Origin: an uncultured virus (IMG/VR IMGVR_UViG_3300044617_000992)
Lineage: Duplodnaviria; Heunggongvirae; Uroviricota; Caudoviricetes
IMG/VR virus record: IMGVR_UViG_3300044617_000992
Direction: 5' to 3' (one strand)
Length of the DNA: 64,000 nucleotides
Shown: one piece after another, positions 54,370-61,679 of the stretch
How the letters are laid out: every line of letters starts with the position of its first letter
How positions within the stretch are numbered: position 1 is the stretch's first letter
Position numbers and translations under genes: made by a program
Notes under the pieces: generated by a model
The model's input: the letters and a program-made list of their open reading frames with translations, nothing else
Told to the model about the DNA's origin: nothing
Database searches by the model: none

Positions 54370-55275
54370 TCATTCCTCGGCAAGTTTTTGGAAGTAACTT
54401 AGAGCATCATCTTCATCTTCATCAACACTTGAAGAAGAACGAGAGAGTGAATTAAGTTCGGAACGAAGATCTTCAGTCAGTTCTGGACCACGATCATTGT
54501 CCTCATCATCGAAAGATTCATCTTTCTTAGGAGCAGTCTTCTGACCTAGGACAGACTTGAGACGAGCATCAAGTTGTTCGTAGGACTTGAAGGAATCTGC
54601 TTTAGTGAAGTCCTCAAGAGAGTATGCTTTCTTCCAGATACTTTCAAGAACATCATCATCAAAATTACCAAGAGTTCCAGGGGAATCAAACTCGGACTTG
54701 TCATAGTTCCAATACCCATCCTTCTTAGTGATCTTCACTTTGAAGTTAGCACCTTGCCAGAAATCAAAAGGATCAATTGGAGTTTCATCATCAAACTCTG
54801 GTTGCATTGCTGCAGAAATCTTATCAAAGATCTTCTTACCAAACTTGAAGAGGAACACCTTACCTTCGTTTTCGGGATGTGCCTTATCACTTACAACATA
54901 GATGTTGGAGTAATAGGAGAGTTTGCGTTTACGTTGACGTACAATCTCCTGATTTGCTTTGCTTCCAGTGTTCCAAAGATCACGATTGGATTCGCAAACA
55001 GGACAGGATTGATTTACAGTAGTCAGGCAGTTATCAATGAACCATCCACCAGTTCCTTGAAATGCGTGACTGTAGACTTTTGCCCAGGGAAGTTCTTCAC
55101 CCTCTGGAGCAGGAAGGAAACGGATGACTGCGAAACCATTGCCTGCTTTATCGACTTCTGGTTTCCAGATTCGTTCATCAGAACCACCTGAAGTATTCAT
55201 CTTCTCAACTTCACTAATCAGTTTAGAAGTCAGAGAACCAAGAGAAGATTTTTTCTTAAGATCTGAAAAGGACAT
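54370..55275 (-). CDS. gp32: single-stranded DNA binding protein
   Basis: IRFLPAP, HAFQ, CPVCE, FDFWQGANF, acidic tail. Confidence 0.95.
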   Translation of the reverse strand: MSFSDLKKKSSLGSLTSKLISEVEKMNTSGGSDERIWKPEVDKAGNGFAVIRFLPAPEGEELPWAKVYSHAFQGTGGWFIDNCLTTVNQSCPVCESNRDLWNTGSKANQEIVRQRKRKLSYYSNIYVVSDKAHPENEGKVFLFKFGKKIFDKISAAMQPEFDDETPIDPFDFWQGANFKVKITKKDGYWNYDKSEFDSPGTLGNFDDDVLESIWKKAYSLEDFTKADSFKSYEQLDARLKSVLGQKTAPKKDESFDDEDNDRGPELTEDLRSELNSLSRSSSSVDEDEDDALSYFQKLAEE

Positions 55276-55330
55276 TCGGATTACCTCGGATTAATTGGAT
55301 TTGTAGGATTGAATGGATACCCACTAGGTC

Positions 55331-55359
55331 ATCCTAGCAGGTGCTGGTCTATCTGTCAA
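55331..55359 (-). promoter_or_regulatory. sigma70-type promoter of gp32
   Basis: TTGACA-17nt-TAGGAT with TG extension. Confidence 0.75.
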
Positions 55360-55675
55360 TACCAGCCTTAATGTTCTTAATTGTCATTTTCATTGAGTTG
55401 AAAATTGTATTAATATCAGCATTACCAAACCCCAAAAGTCTAGAAGATTCAACTACTTGCTTCTTCATTTCAATTGCTTTTGGGTCATCAGATAGACTTA
55501 ACCTAGTATATAGCAATTGTTGCTTTTCTAATAACTGTTCAAGAACTTCCATGTGTTCTTGCTTTTCCTCCTTTGTCATAGAGGGAAACTTAAAGATATC
55601 TCTGGTTAAGGTCTTCTGCAAATCAGAAATATCCTCAATTTCCTTTTGTACTATTTCGGAATCAAAAAATGACAT
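55349..55675 (-). CDS. DUF1825-like protein
   Basis: MSFFDSEIVQ...RLSLSDDPKA. Confidence 0.7.
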   Translation of the reverse strand: MSFFDSEIVQKEIEDISDLQKTLTRDIFKFPSMTKEEKQEHMEVLEQLLEKQQLLYTRLSLSDDPKAIEMKKQVVESSRLLGFGNADINTIFNSMKMTIKNIKAGIDR

Positions 55676-56269
55676 CTAACTTTCCTCAATTAAAACTCGG
55701 AGTATAGTTTTATATTCCTTTATATCAATATTTAGAAATGGGGAATACTTTTTAATTTTTAACGAGACGGTTTCCCACACTGGATCCAATAGAACTTTAT
55801 CAAACTTTTTAGAGTATTCAAAAATCTTATCAAATATCACTAAAGTCTCTATAGATATCTGACTACTCAAATACTTCTTTAAGATAGGAGGATGTTGCTT
55901 TGAGATATCTAAAAGTTTATTCAAGTCATTTTCAGACAACATTTCGTCTGATTGCTCTTTAAAAATATACTTTAAACTTTGCTGTCTTTTACTCCATTCA
56001 ATATAAGTGGTTTCACCATTCCGACTTAATTCTCCAATCCATAGTCTTCCTGGATCATCCACCTGAACGAAATTTGCTATAAAAAAATTTTTAACTTCCT
56101 CGTCATTTTTTTGACGAGAAAGTTTTTCATACCAGTACTTATCCTTTCTCTTATTAAATGCTTCTAATGATGCTCTAGTTTTACCTGCATATTTAATATA
56201 ATCATAATTTGGTTTGCTGAAATGATTCTTCAAAGATAGGTAAGTCCTATAAACATCAAATGGGGTCAT
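55676..56269 (-). CDS. gp59: helicase loader
   Basis: YLSLKNHF...YDYIKY...KRKDKY; synteny gp33-gp59-gp32. Confidence 0.85.
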   Translation of the reverse strand: MTPFDVYRTYLSLKNHFSKPNYDYIKYAGKTRASLEAFNKRKDKYWYEKLSRQKNDEEVKNFFIANFVQVDDPGRLWIGELSRNGETTYIEWSKRQQSLKYIFKEQSDEMLSENDLNKLLDISKQHPPILKKYLSSQISIETLVIFDKIFEYSKKFDKVLLDPVWETVSLKIKKYSPFLNIDIKEYKTILRVLIEES

Positions 56270-56523
56270 ATCAAAAGTTTTGCTCTGGAAGTTCTCTTAA
56301 GAAAGTTCAAATTAATAGCATCACACTTCAATTTTTCTTTCAAAGGTTTGCTAATCAATTTAGATACTGATTCAATTTCTAAATTGTTAATTTCACAATA
56401 ATGAACTATAGCATCAATATAGTTCATATCATCATTTATCTTTACAATCTCCTCAATAATTTTTGAGAACTTTGCTTGGCATAAAAATTTTGATTGCAAT
56501 GCTGATTCTAATTTACTTTCCAT
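56266..56523 (-). CDS. gp33: late transcription co-activator
   Basis: YIDAIVHYCE...SKPLKEKL..A..LNFL. Confidence 0.9.
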   Translation of the reverse strand: MESKLESALQSKFLCQAKFSKIIEEIVKINDDMNYIDAIVHYCEINNLEIESVSKLISKPLKEKLKCDAINLNFLKRTSRAKLLI

Positions 56524-57190
56524 ATTCCTGTAGTTTAGAGGTTATAAAATCCTTAATGTAGTTTGACAATAGTTTAATGTATTTTGCTTTATCATATTCT
56601 TCATAAACAACGCATTCACCATCTTCACAAGTCATTAGAACCACAAGTTTCTTAACTGCGATTCCAGTGAGTTCATAAAACATACAAGCATATGCTGCTG
56701 CCTGAACGAAGTAGTGCTCGATCCACTCCCTAGGTTTTTCCTTTTTAGAAGTCTTGAAGTCAATTACTGAAAGTTCTCCATTATACTCAGCAATACAATC
56801 TACAGTTCCAGCAATTCCTAGAACCTTACTATACAAAGAACTTTCAAGAGCATAGATATTATTTATCTTATCTAACTCGGGTTTGATAATCTTAAATAAA
56901 TGTTTCGAGATTAATTGAACCTCTGGAAGATCTTTATTCAGGAGGTGATTTTCAACTAATGTATGAAGATCAGTTCCTCTACTTGTTGCTGCTTTATTGA
57001 CTCGATTTGCCTCTTCTTCTCCGACTCGTTTTCTCCAGTCTTCAAAGATGTGTCGATTGTGATAACTTGTGACTGAAGTAATGGATGCAAACTTATGAAC
57101 TCCATCTTCATCTAGGATTTTATAATATCTAACCCCATCAATAGTCTCCCTCTCAAGTTGAGGGAGACTTACATTACAATGATTAAACAT
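56513..57190 (-). CDS. PD-(D/E)XK exonuclease
   Basis: RGT..H, AGTVDC, IDFKTS, YFVQ..AY. Confidence 0.85.
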   Translation of the reverse strand: MFNHCNVSLPQLERETIDGVRYYKILDEDGVHKFASITSVTSYHNRHIFEDWRKRVGEEEANRVNKAATSRGTDLHTLVENHLLNKDLPEVQLISKHLFKIIKPELDKINNIYALESSLYSKVLGIAGTVDCIAEYNGELSVIDFKTSKKEKPREWIEHYFVQAAAYACMFYELTGIAVKKLVVLMTCEDGECVVYEEYDKAKYIKLLSNYIKDFITSKLQEYGK

Positions 57191-57948
57191 TAGAACCCTG
57201 CTGCCATTTTATTTACAATATAAGACTTGACCAGACCAGATCTTACAATATCATCAACACCGAATTCAATTGATTCAAATTCAGGCATTCTTTGGATGAT
57301 TTTCATAAAGTCTAGAATACCATTCCTTTCATTAGTCTTGGTAAGATCAGTTTGAGTTGCATCACCACAGAAAACAATTCTGGAGTTATCACCAACCCTA
57401 GTAATTATACTATCAAGTTCATGGAAGTTCAAGTTTTGTGCTTCATCAACAATGATAATTGAATTGTCTAAAGTTGTACCTCTGATAAAAGATGTACTCC
57501 AGAAAGTAATTGTTTCTTGCTGCTTCAGATTACCATAGAGCATTTCAAATGAAGCATCATCTGGCATCTCAAACATATACTTTACCATATTCTTATAAGG
57601 AATTTGATAAAGTGCAGATTTATCATCATGGTCTCCAGGAAGGAAACCAATCTCCCTAGTGGCAACTAGAGATCTCACAATCACAATCTTTTGATATGGA
57701 GTAATCTCACTGAGAACATCTTTGAGTGCTAGGTAAAGAGCACAGAATGTTTTACCTGTTCCAGCACATCCATACACAAACAAATGTTTATCTGAATTGT
57801 AGGCATCAAAAAGTTTAGTTTGATTTTGTGTTACTGGATTAATATCACAAAGGAAATCTGTATTGATTGGTTTCCTTCTCTTCATTTGCTTTGCGGTCAT
57901 GCCAATTCCAATTGGCTGCAAATCATTGTTTCTTCTTTTTCTTGCCAT
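57190..57948 (-). CDS. phoH: PhoH family ATPase
   Basis: GCAGTGKT, FIRGTT, DEAQN, GD..Q.D, IVRSGLV. Confidence 0.92.
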   Translation of the reverse strand: MARKRRNNDLQPIGIGMTAKQMKRRKPINTDFLCDINPVTQNQTKLFDAYNSDKHLFVYGCAGTGKTFCALYLALKDVLSEITPYQKIVIVRSLVATREIGFLPGDHDDKSALYQIPYKNMVKYMFEMPDDASFEMLYGNLKQQETITFWSTSFIRGTTLDNSIIIVDEAQNLNFHELDSIITRVGDNSRIVFCGDATQTDLTKTNERNGILDFMKIIQRMPEFESIEFGVDDIVRSGLVKSYIVNKMAAGF

Positions 57949-58190
57949 TAGAGTTTCTTTACACGGGAACCTGGAGCTTTACTTGCACGATCCAAAACAT
58001 CATTCCATCCTGGATTTCTGCTGATTAGTTTGTTTCTCCAATCACCAGTCTCTCCAGGACTTGCACAACCTTCAGACCAATCTCTTTTCCATTCGGGATT
58101 GTCTTTGTACCATTGAGTGATCTCATGAACACTCATCTCAACTTCTTTCTTTTCTCCAGTTTCTACATGAATAACAGGATAAATTGCCAT
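57948..58190 (-). CDS. conserved hypothetical protein
   Basis: 80 aa, GWNDVL..A.K.PGS. Confidence 0.7.
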   Translation of the reverse strand: MAIYPVIHVETGEKKEVEMSVHEITQWYKDNPEWKRDWSEGCASPGETGDWRNKLISRNPGWNDVLDRASKAPGSRVKKL

Positions 58191-58215
58191 AAGTTATGAA
58201 ATCAATATATTTTAT

Positions 58216-58875
58216 TTAGACCCACTCAAGAGCCTTTGCAGCATCTGGGAATTGTTGATTGAAGATTTCTCTACACCCTTCAGCAATCTCCATATGTTCT
58301 TTCTGGGTTCCATGGGCAGAACGAAGATTGATATAATGTATCCAAGACCTACAAGAACCAGTCATATAAATCCTGGTTGGAGTTGCAAGGGGAAGAATAA
58401 ATCTAGCACATTCTTTTGCTACTCCTTGAGAAAGAAGTCTGTTGTAAATTGCCTGACCTTTAATAAAGTATTCTTGAATTTCACTTTGAAGTGTGAGTTT
58501 CAGATAACCATCTAGATCATCAGTAGAATTCTGACGATTTTTGGTATCCTGTCTACGAAGTTCAGGAACTTTTGCTACATCTGATAGAAGGTTGGTATCA
58601 GCATACCTCTGTGAAAATTCCTGGAAGGTGAATGATCTGTGACGAAGCACTTGAGCTGCAATACCTCTGGTAGTATTAATCTCAAGTGTCATAAAAGCAT
58701 GTTCAAAGATACTCCAGTGCTCATGCTTGATGCAATACTTAAGAAGACCAGCAGAAGTATCAAAATTTAATTGATTGCTTGGATTACTAACTCTGGCAAT
58801 ATATGAAATTACTTCTTGTGCATTTGCATTGATAAGTTCTCCAGCACCTTGAGTGATTGAAATTAGTTTAATCAT
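58216..58875 (-). CDS. thyX: flavin-dependent thymidylate synthase
   Basis: HWSIFEH, RHRSFTFQEFSQRY signature. Confidence 0.95.
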   Translation of the reverse strand: MIKLISITQGAGELINANAQEVISYIARVSNPSNQLNFDTSAGLLKYCIKHEHWSIFEHAFMTLEINTTRGIAAQVLRHRSFTFQEFSQRYADTNLLSDVAKVPELRRQDTKNRQNSTDDLDGYLKLTLQSEIQEYFIKGQAIYNRLLSQGVAKECARFILPLATPTRIYMTGSCRSWIHYINLRSAHGTQKEHMEIAEGCREIFNQQFPDAAKALEWV

Positions 58876-59033
58876 TTACCAAATCCCCTATAGTCCATTC
58901 TTTTTGCTAGTTTAATCTGTTTCTCAATGTTCTCCAATTGAGATTTCATATAATTTAATTCTTCTTCTGAATAAAGATTAGGTTTTTGTTCCACTGCTTC
59001 CTTAAGCAGTCTCATCATCTTTTTAATTCTCAT
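58872..59033 (-). CDS. hypothetical protein (53 aa)
   Basis: read manually; ATGA overlap with thyX. Confidence 0.55.
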   Translation of the reverse strand: MRIKKMMRLLKEAVEQKPNLYSEEELNYMKSQLENIEKQIKLAKRMDYRGFGK

Positions 59034-59208
59034 CTAGATACACTTCATCGTAATCGTTATTATCATATGGAGTAGTGAACTTTACATACTCCATTTTAGT
59101 CGGTTCTTCTTTTGAAATTTCTTCCTTCAAACATCTGACAAGACATTCCATATTGTTGACGATGAGTTTGATTTTTTCTACATCCATATGTTGAATAGTG
59201 TTTCCCGA

Positions 59209-59247
59209 ATTTTACACAAAAAAAGAGGGGAAGTCAAGTCCCCCTCT
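59209..59247 (-). terminator. terminator with overlapping sigma70 promoter
   Basis: AGAGGGGGAC-TTG-ACTTCCCCTCTTTTTTT; TTGACT-17nt-TAAAAT. Confidence 0.7.
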
Positions 59248-59253
59248 GAATTA

Positions 59254-59355
59254 TCAAGCAACTTGAGGTTGCTTTGCCATATTAATTTGTGCGATCTTAA
59301 GAAGTTTTTCCTTTCTATCCTTATTCTTAAGATATCTAACAAAATAAGTATTCAC
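59254..59355 (-). CDS. basic 33-aa peptide coupled to DUF4278 gene
   Basis: GGAGG SD, GTG start overlapping upstream TGA; MNTYFVRYLKNKDRKEKLLKIAQINMAKQPQVA. Confidence 0.6.
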   Translation of the reverse strand: MNTYFVRYLKNKDRKEKLLKIAQINMAKQPQVA

Positions 59356-59510
59356 TTTGCAACCTCCTGATTATTACAGGGACGGTAAGAAACTCCACGA
59401 TATGTATTTTGTGGATGTGCTGGTGAATGTGTTTGTGAATACCACTTACGATATTCTTCCTTTGGGACATCAGTATTATACTGACATCCTCTATAAGTTG
59501 CTTTAGACAT
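59352..59510 (-). CDS. DUF4278 domain peptide (52 aa)
   Basis: MSKATYRGCQY...NTYRGVSY double TYRG motif; AAGGAG SD. Confidence 0.8.
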   Translation of the reverse strand: MSKATYRGCQYNTDVPKEEYRKWYSQTHSPAHPQNTYRGVSYRPCNNQEVAK

Positions 59511-59537
59511 TAGGGTGCTCCTTTACTATTGTAAAAG

Positions 59538-59594
59538 TGCGTTCCTTCGGTTTCCCTACTTCCGTTTGCTATTTGCGAATAGCAAATGAACGTG
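59538..59594 (-). ncRNA. glutamine-I (glnA motif) riboswitch
   Basis: CGTTCAT-[TTGCTATT-CGCA-AATAGCAA]-ACGGAAGTA-GG-GAAA-CC-GAAGGAACG; P1 CGTTC/GAACG, E-loop AGTA/GAA. Confidence 0.85.
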
Positions 59595-59615
59595 TTATAT
59601 CTATAAGAATACTTT

Positions 59616-59631
59616 TGTAAAATCGGATACA
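59616..59631. promoter_or_regulatory. NtcA binding site
   Basis: TGTA-AAATCGGA-TACA matches TGTA-N8-TACA, upstream of the riboswitch. Confidence 0.7.
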
Positions 59632-59634
59632 GTT

Positions 59635-59952
59635 TTAATCTCTTTGTCTCCAGTCATCTGGTTTATCCCCAGAAAAGAAATCAATAATGTCATCAACTCC
59701 ACCAAATCTATTCTTATGATTTGAGGGATCTGGATCTCCTAAATCAAGTTGATTTAAAAAATCATCCATACTTCCCTCTTGCATATCTGGATTAGAAGCA
59801 CGTCTTCTTGCTTGCCTTAAGATTGTTGCTGCAGATCTATTTGTCTTGGCAAGTTTTTCTGCCCAGATAATATCTTCTAGACTTACTTCTTCTTGTCTCA
59901 CTATCCTATCGCAAATCTCTTCAAGACGCAATCTATAAGCAGTAGAGAGCAT
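59635..59952 (-). CDS. conserved hypothetical protein
   Basis: 105 aa, MLSTAYRLRLEEIC...DDWRQRD. Confidence 0.75.
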   Translation of the reverse strand: MLSTAYRLRLEEICDRIVRQEEVSLEDIIWAEKLAKTNRSAATILRQARRRASNPDMQEGSMDDFLNQLDLGDPDPSNHKNRFGGVDDIIDFFSGDKPDDWRQRD

Positions 59953-59981
59953 ATATAATCTCCAGATATAGTGTATTTATT

Positions 59982-60311
59982 TTATCTTTCAATATAACTC
60001 AAAGTATGATCCTTGGCATAAAGTTGTTGAATGATGATATCACAACCGATCTTGGGATTACAATCACCACAGGTATAGACATCTACTGCAGCCTTACCCT
60101 CTTCAGGCCAAGTATGAATGCTGATATGACTTTCTGATAGAAGACAAATTACAGTAACACCTTGTGGTTCAAACTTTTTAGAGATGGTTTGAACCACAGT
60201 GGCACCACTAGCAACTGCTGCATTCTCCAATAAATCTATAAGGCATTTTTCATCATCAAGAAGGACAAAGGAACATCCATATAAGTTAAGTAAATAGTGC
60301 TTTCCCATCAT
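59982..60311 (-). CDS. speD: S-adenosylmethionine decarboxylase proenzyme
   Basis: FEPQGVT, LLSESHISIHTWPE, DVYTCG. Confidence 0.9.
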   Translation of the reverse strand: MMGKHYLLNLYGCSFVLLDDEKCLIDLLENAAVASGATVVQTISKKFEPQGVTVICLLSESHISIHTWPEEGKAAVDVYTCGDCNPKIGCDIIIQQLYAKDHTLSYIER

Positions 60312-60559
60312 CCCTTCTTTTTAGTTTTTTGAGACCCCCATAGTTTTGGATTTACTGTTCCATCAGTCCATTTAATATCAATAGGGGATCCTTTCCCATA
60401 ATTATCATAGTAGTGATCGAAGATAGACACTTTAGATGATGCTTTTACGACATCATAAGAAACGTTATCCTCATTCAAATATGTAACAAGATAAGAATCT
60501 AGGGGAAGACTCTTATCCTTTGCAGTGACTGGATCACAATTCTTATGAATTATTTTCAA
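60308..60559 (-). CDS. hypothetical protein
   Basis: 83 aa, ATGA overlaps. Confidence 0.7.
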   Translation of the reverse strand: MKIIHKNCDPVTAKDKSLPLDSYLVTYLNEDNVSYDVVKASSKVSIFDHYYDNYGKGSPIDIKWTDGTVNPKLWGSQKTKKKG

Positions 60560-60999
60560 TCTTCATCCCCCCAAACAATCTCGGGGAAAGCATCTTGAAC
60601 TACTGCTTTAGTAATTTTATATCTTTTATGAACTTGCTTATCTTTAGTTAAACAAAGAAGTTCTGCTTCAGAACTATGAAGAGATTCACACAACTGAATA
60701 AAAAGAACTTCTCGTTTTGTTTGATTGAGGTTATTAACTCCTTTCACAAAATGATTAAATTTCTGCCATTCATGAATCAATCTAGTGTGTTCTGTTCCAG
60801 CAGGAGCATCGTTTGCAGTATATGGAACTTCTCCAGCAGGAATTGCTGATTCAATTCTTGGGTCGAAGTTCCAAATTAAAACTGCCCTCAATGCTGGACT
60901 ATCATAATGACGAAGAATTTCGATTTTCTCTTCTCTAGTTTTTGCGTTTGATGCTCTTTGAATAACTTCAGACACCAATTGATTTGGTGGTAACTTCAT
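60556..60999 (-). CDS. conserved T4-like phage protein (DUF6433-like)
   Basis: PAGEVPY, KREVLFIQLCESLH..EAELL. Confidence 0.7.
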   Translation of the reverse strand: MKLPPNQLVSEVIQRASNAKTREEKIEILRHYDSPALRAVLIWNFDPRIESAIPAGEVPYTANDAPAGTEHTRLIHEWQKFNHFVKGVNNLNQTKREVLFIQLCESLHSSEAELLCLTKDKQVHKRYKITKAVVQDAFPEIVWGDED

Positions 61000-61016
61000 T
61001 CTTAAATCTCCATTAA

Positions 61017-61232
61017 TTAATCTTCGTAATCTTCCTCTGGATCGACTTGCTCAAATCTAAAAGCAATGATTTCATCGGGATAAACATTTCCATCTGCATC
61101 AAATAATTCTGGATGCAGATTTTCAGGTCTTCTAGACCAAACATACTCTCTAAATACCCATCCACCTATCACTCCAATAGAGAGTGCTAGTATAACAAAA
61201 AGAACTGAAAAGACCAAGGTGATTGCTAACAT
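61017..61232 (-). CDS. small membrane protein
   Basis: N-terminal TM helix, HPELFDADG. Confidence 0.7.
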   Translation of the reverse strand: MLAITLVFSVLFVILALSIGVIGGWVFREYVWSRRPENLHPELFDADGNVYPDEIIAFRFEQVDPEEDYED

Positions 61233-61247
61233 TGTAATTCTCCTATA

Positions 61248-61430
61248 CTACTTTTGCTTCCTTATATCAAAGGAAAAATTAAAGTAGATGGTAACTTCTC
61301 TATTAAAGAATGAGACCACCTTCTCAAAACAATATTGAAATGTTTTAGATTTACGGTTTTCTCTCCTTAATATTAATTCAACACCTCGATTGATTTGCGA
61401 GGAATCACCTTTATTTATAGAAGTCATCAA
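61248..61430 (-). CDS. hypothetical protein
   Basis: 60 aa, INRGVELILR. Confidence 0.55.
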   Translation of the reverse strand: MMTSINKGDSSQINRGVELILRRENRKSKTFQYCFEKVVSFFNREVTIYFNFSFDIRKQK

Positions 61431-61675
61431 AGCATATTATTTTCCTTTAAGTATTTAACAGTATCAGAACAACCTCCAAGATGCTTATCTGCCAAAACTA
61501 CTTGAGGGAAAGTAGATCCCTCTCCAAACTCTGCATAAAAATCTTCACGACTGAAGTGAGTATTTAAAACATACTCTGTGATCTGATAACCTTTATTTAC
61601 ACTCAAGGTATTGAGAACTTGAAGTACCTTAACACAATAAGGACAACCGTATTTTGAATAAACTGTAAAATTCAT
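61427..61675 (-). CDS. nrdC: glutaredoxin
   Basis: CPYC, TFPQV, LGGC. Confidence 0.9.
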   Translation of the reverse strand: MNFTVYSKYGCPYCVKVLQVLNTLSVNKGYQITEYVLNTHFSREDFYAEFGEGSTFPQVVLADKHLGGCSDTVKYLKENNML

Positions 61676-61679
61676 AAAA

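Noticed and set aside
54574..55191. 205-aa plus-strand ORF, and similar ORFs opposite cobS/cobT
   Set aside because: Antisense to conserved genes; explained by their codon bias.
56513..57190. Cas4/CRISPR link for the PD-(D/E)XK nuclease
   Set aside because: Ordinary cyanomyovirus core exonuclease next to phoH; no four-Cys Fe-S pattern evident.
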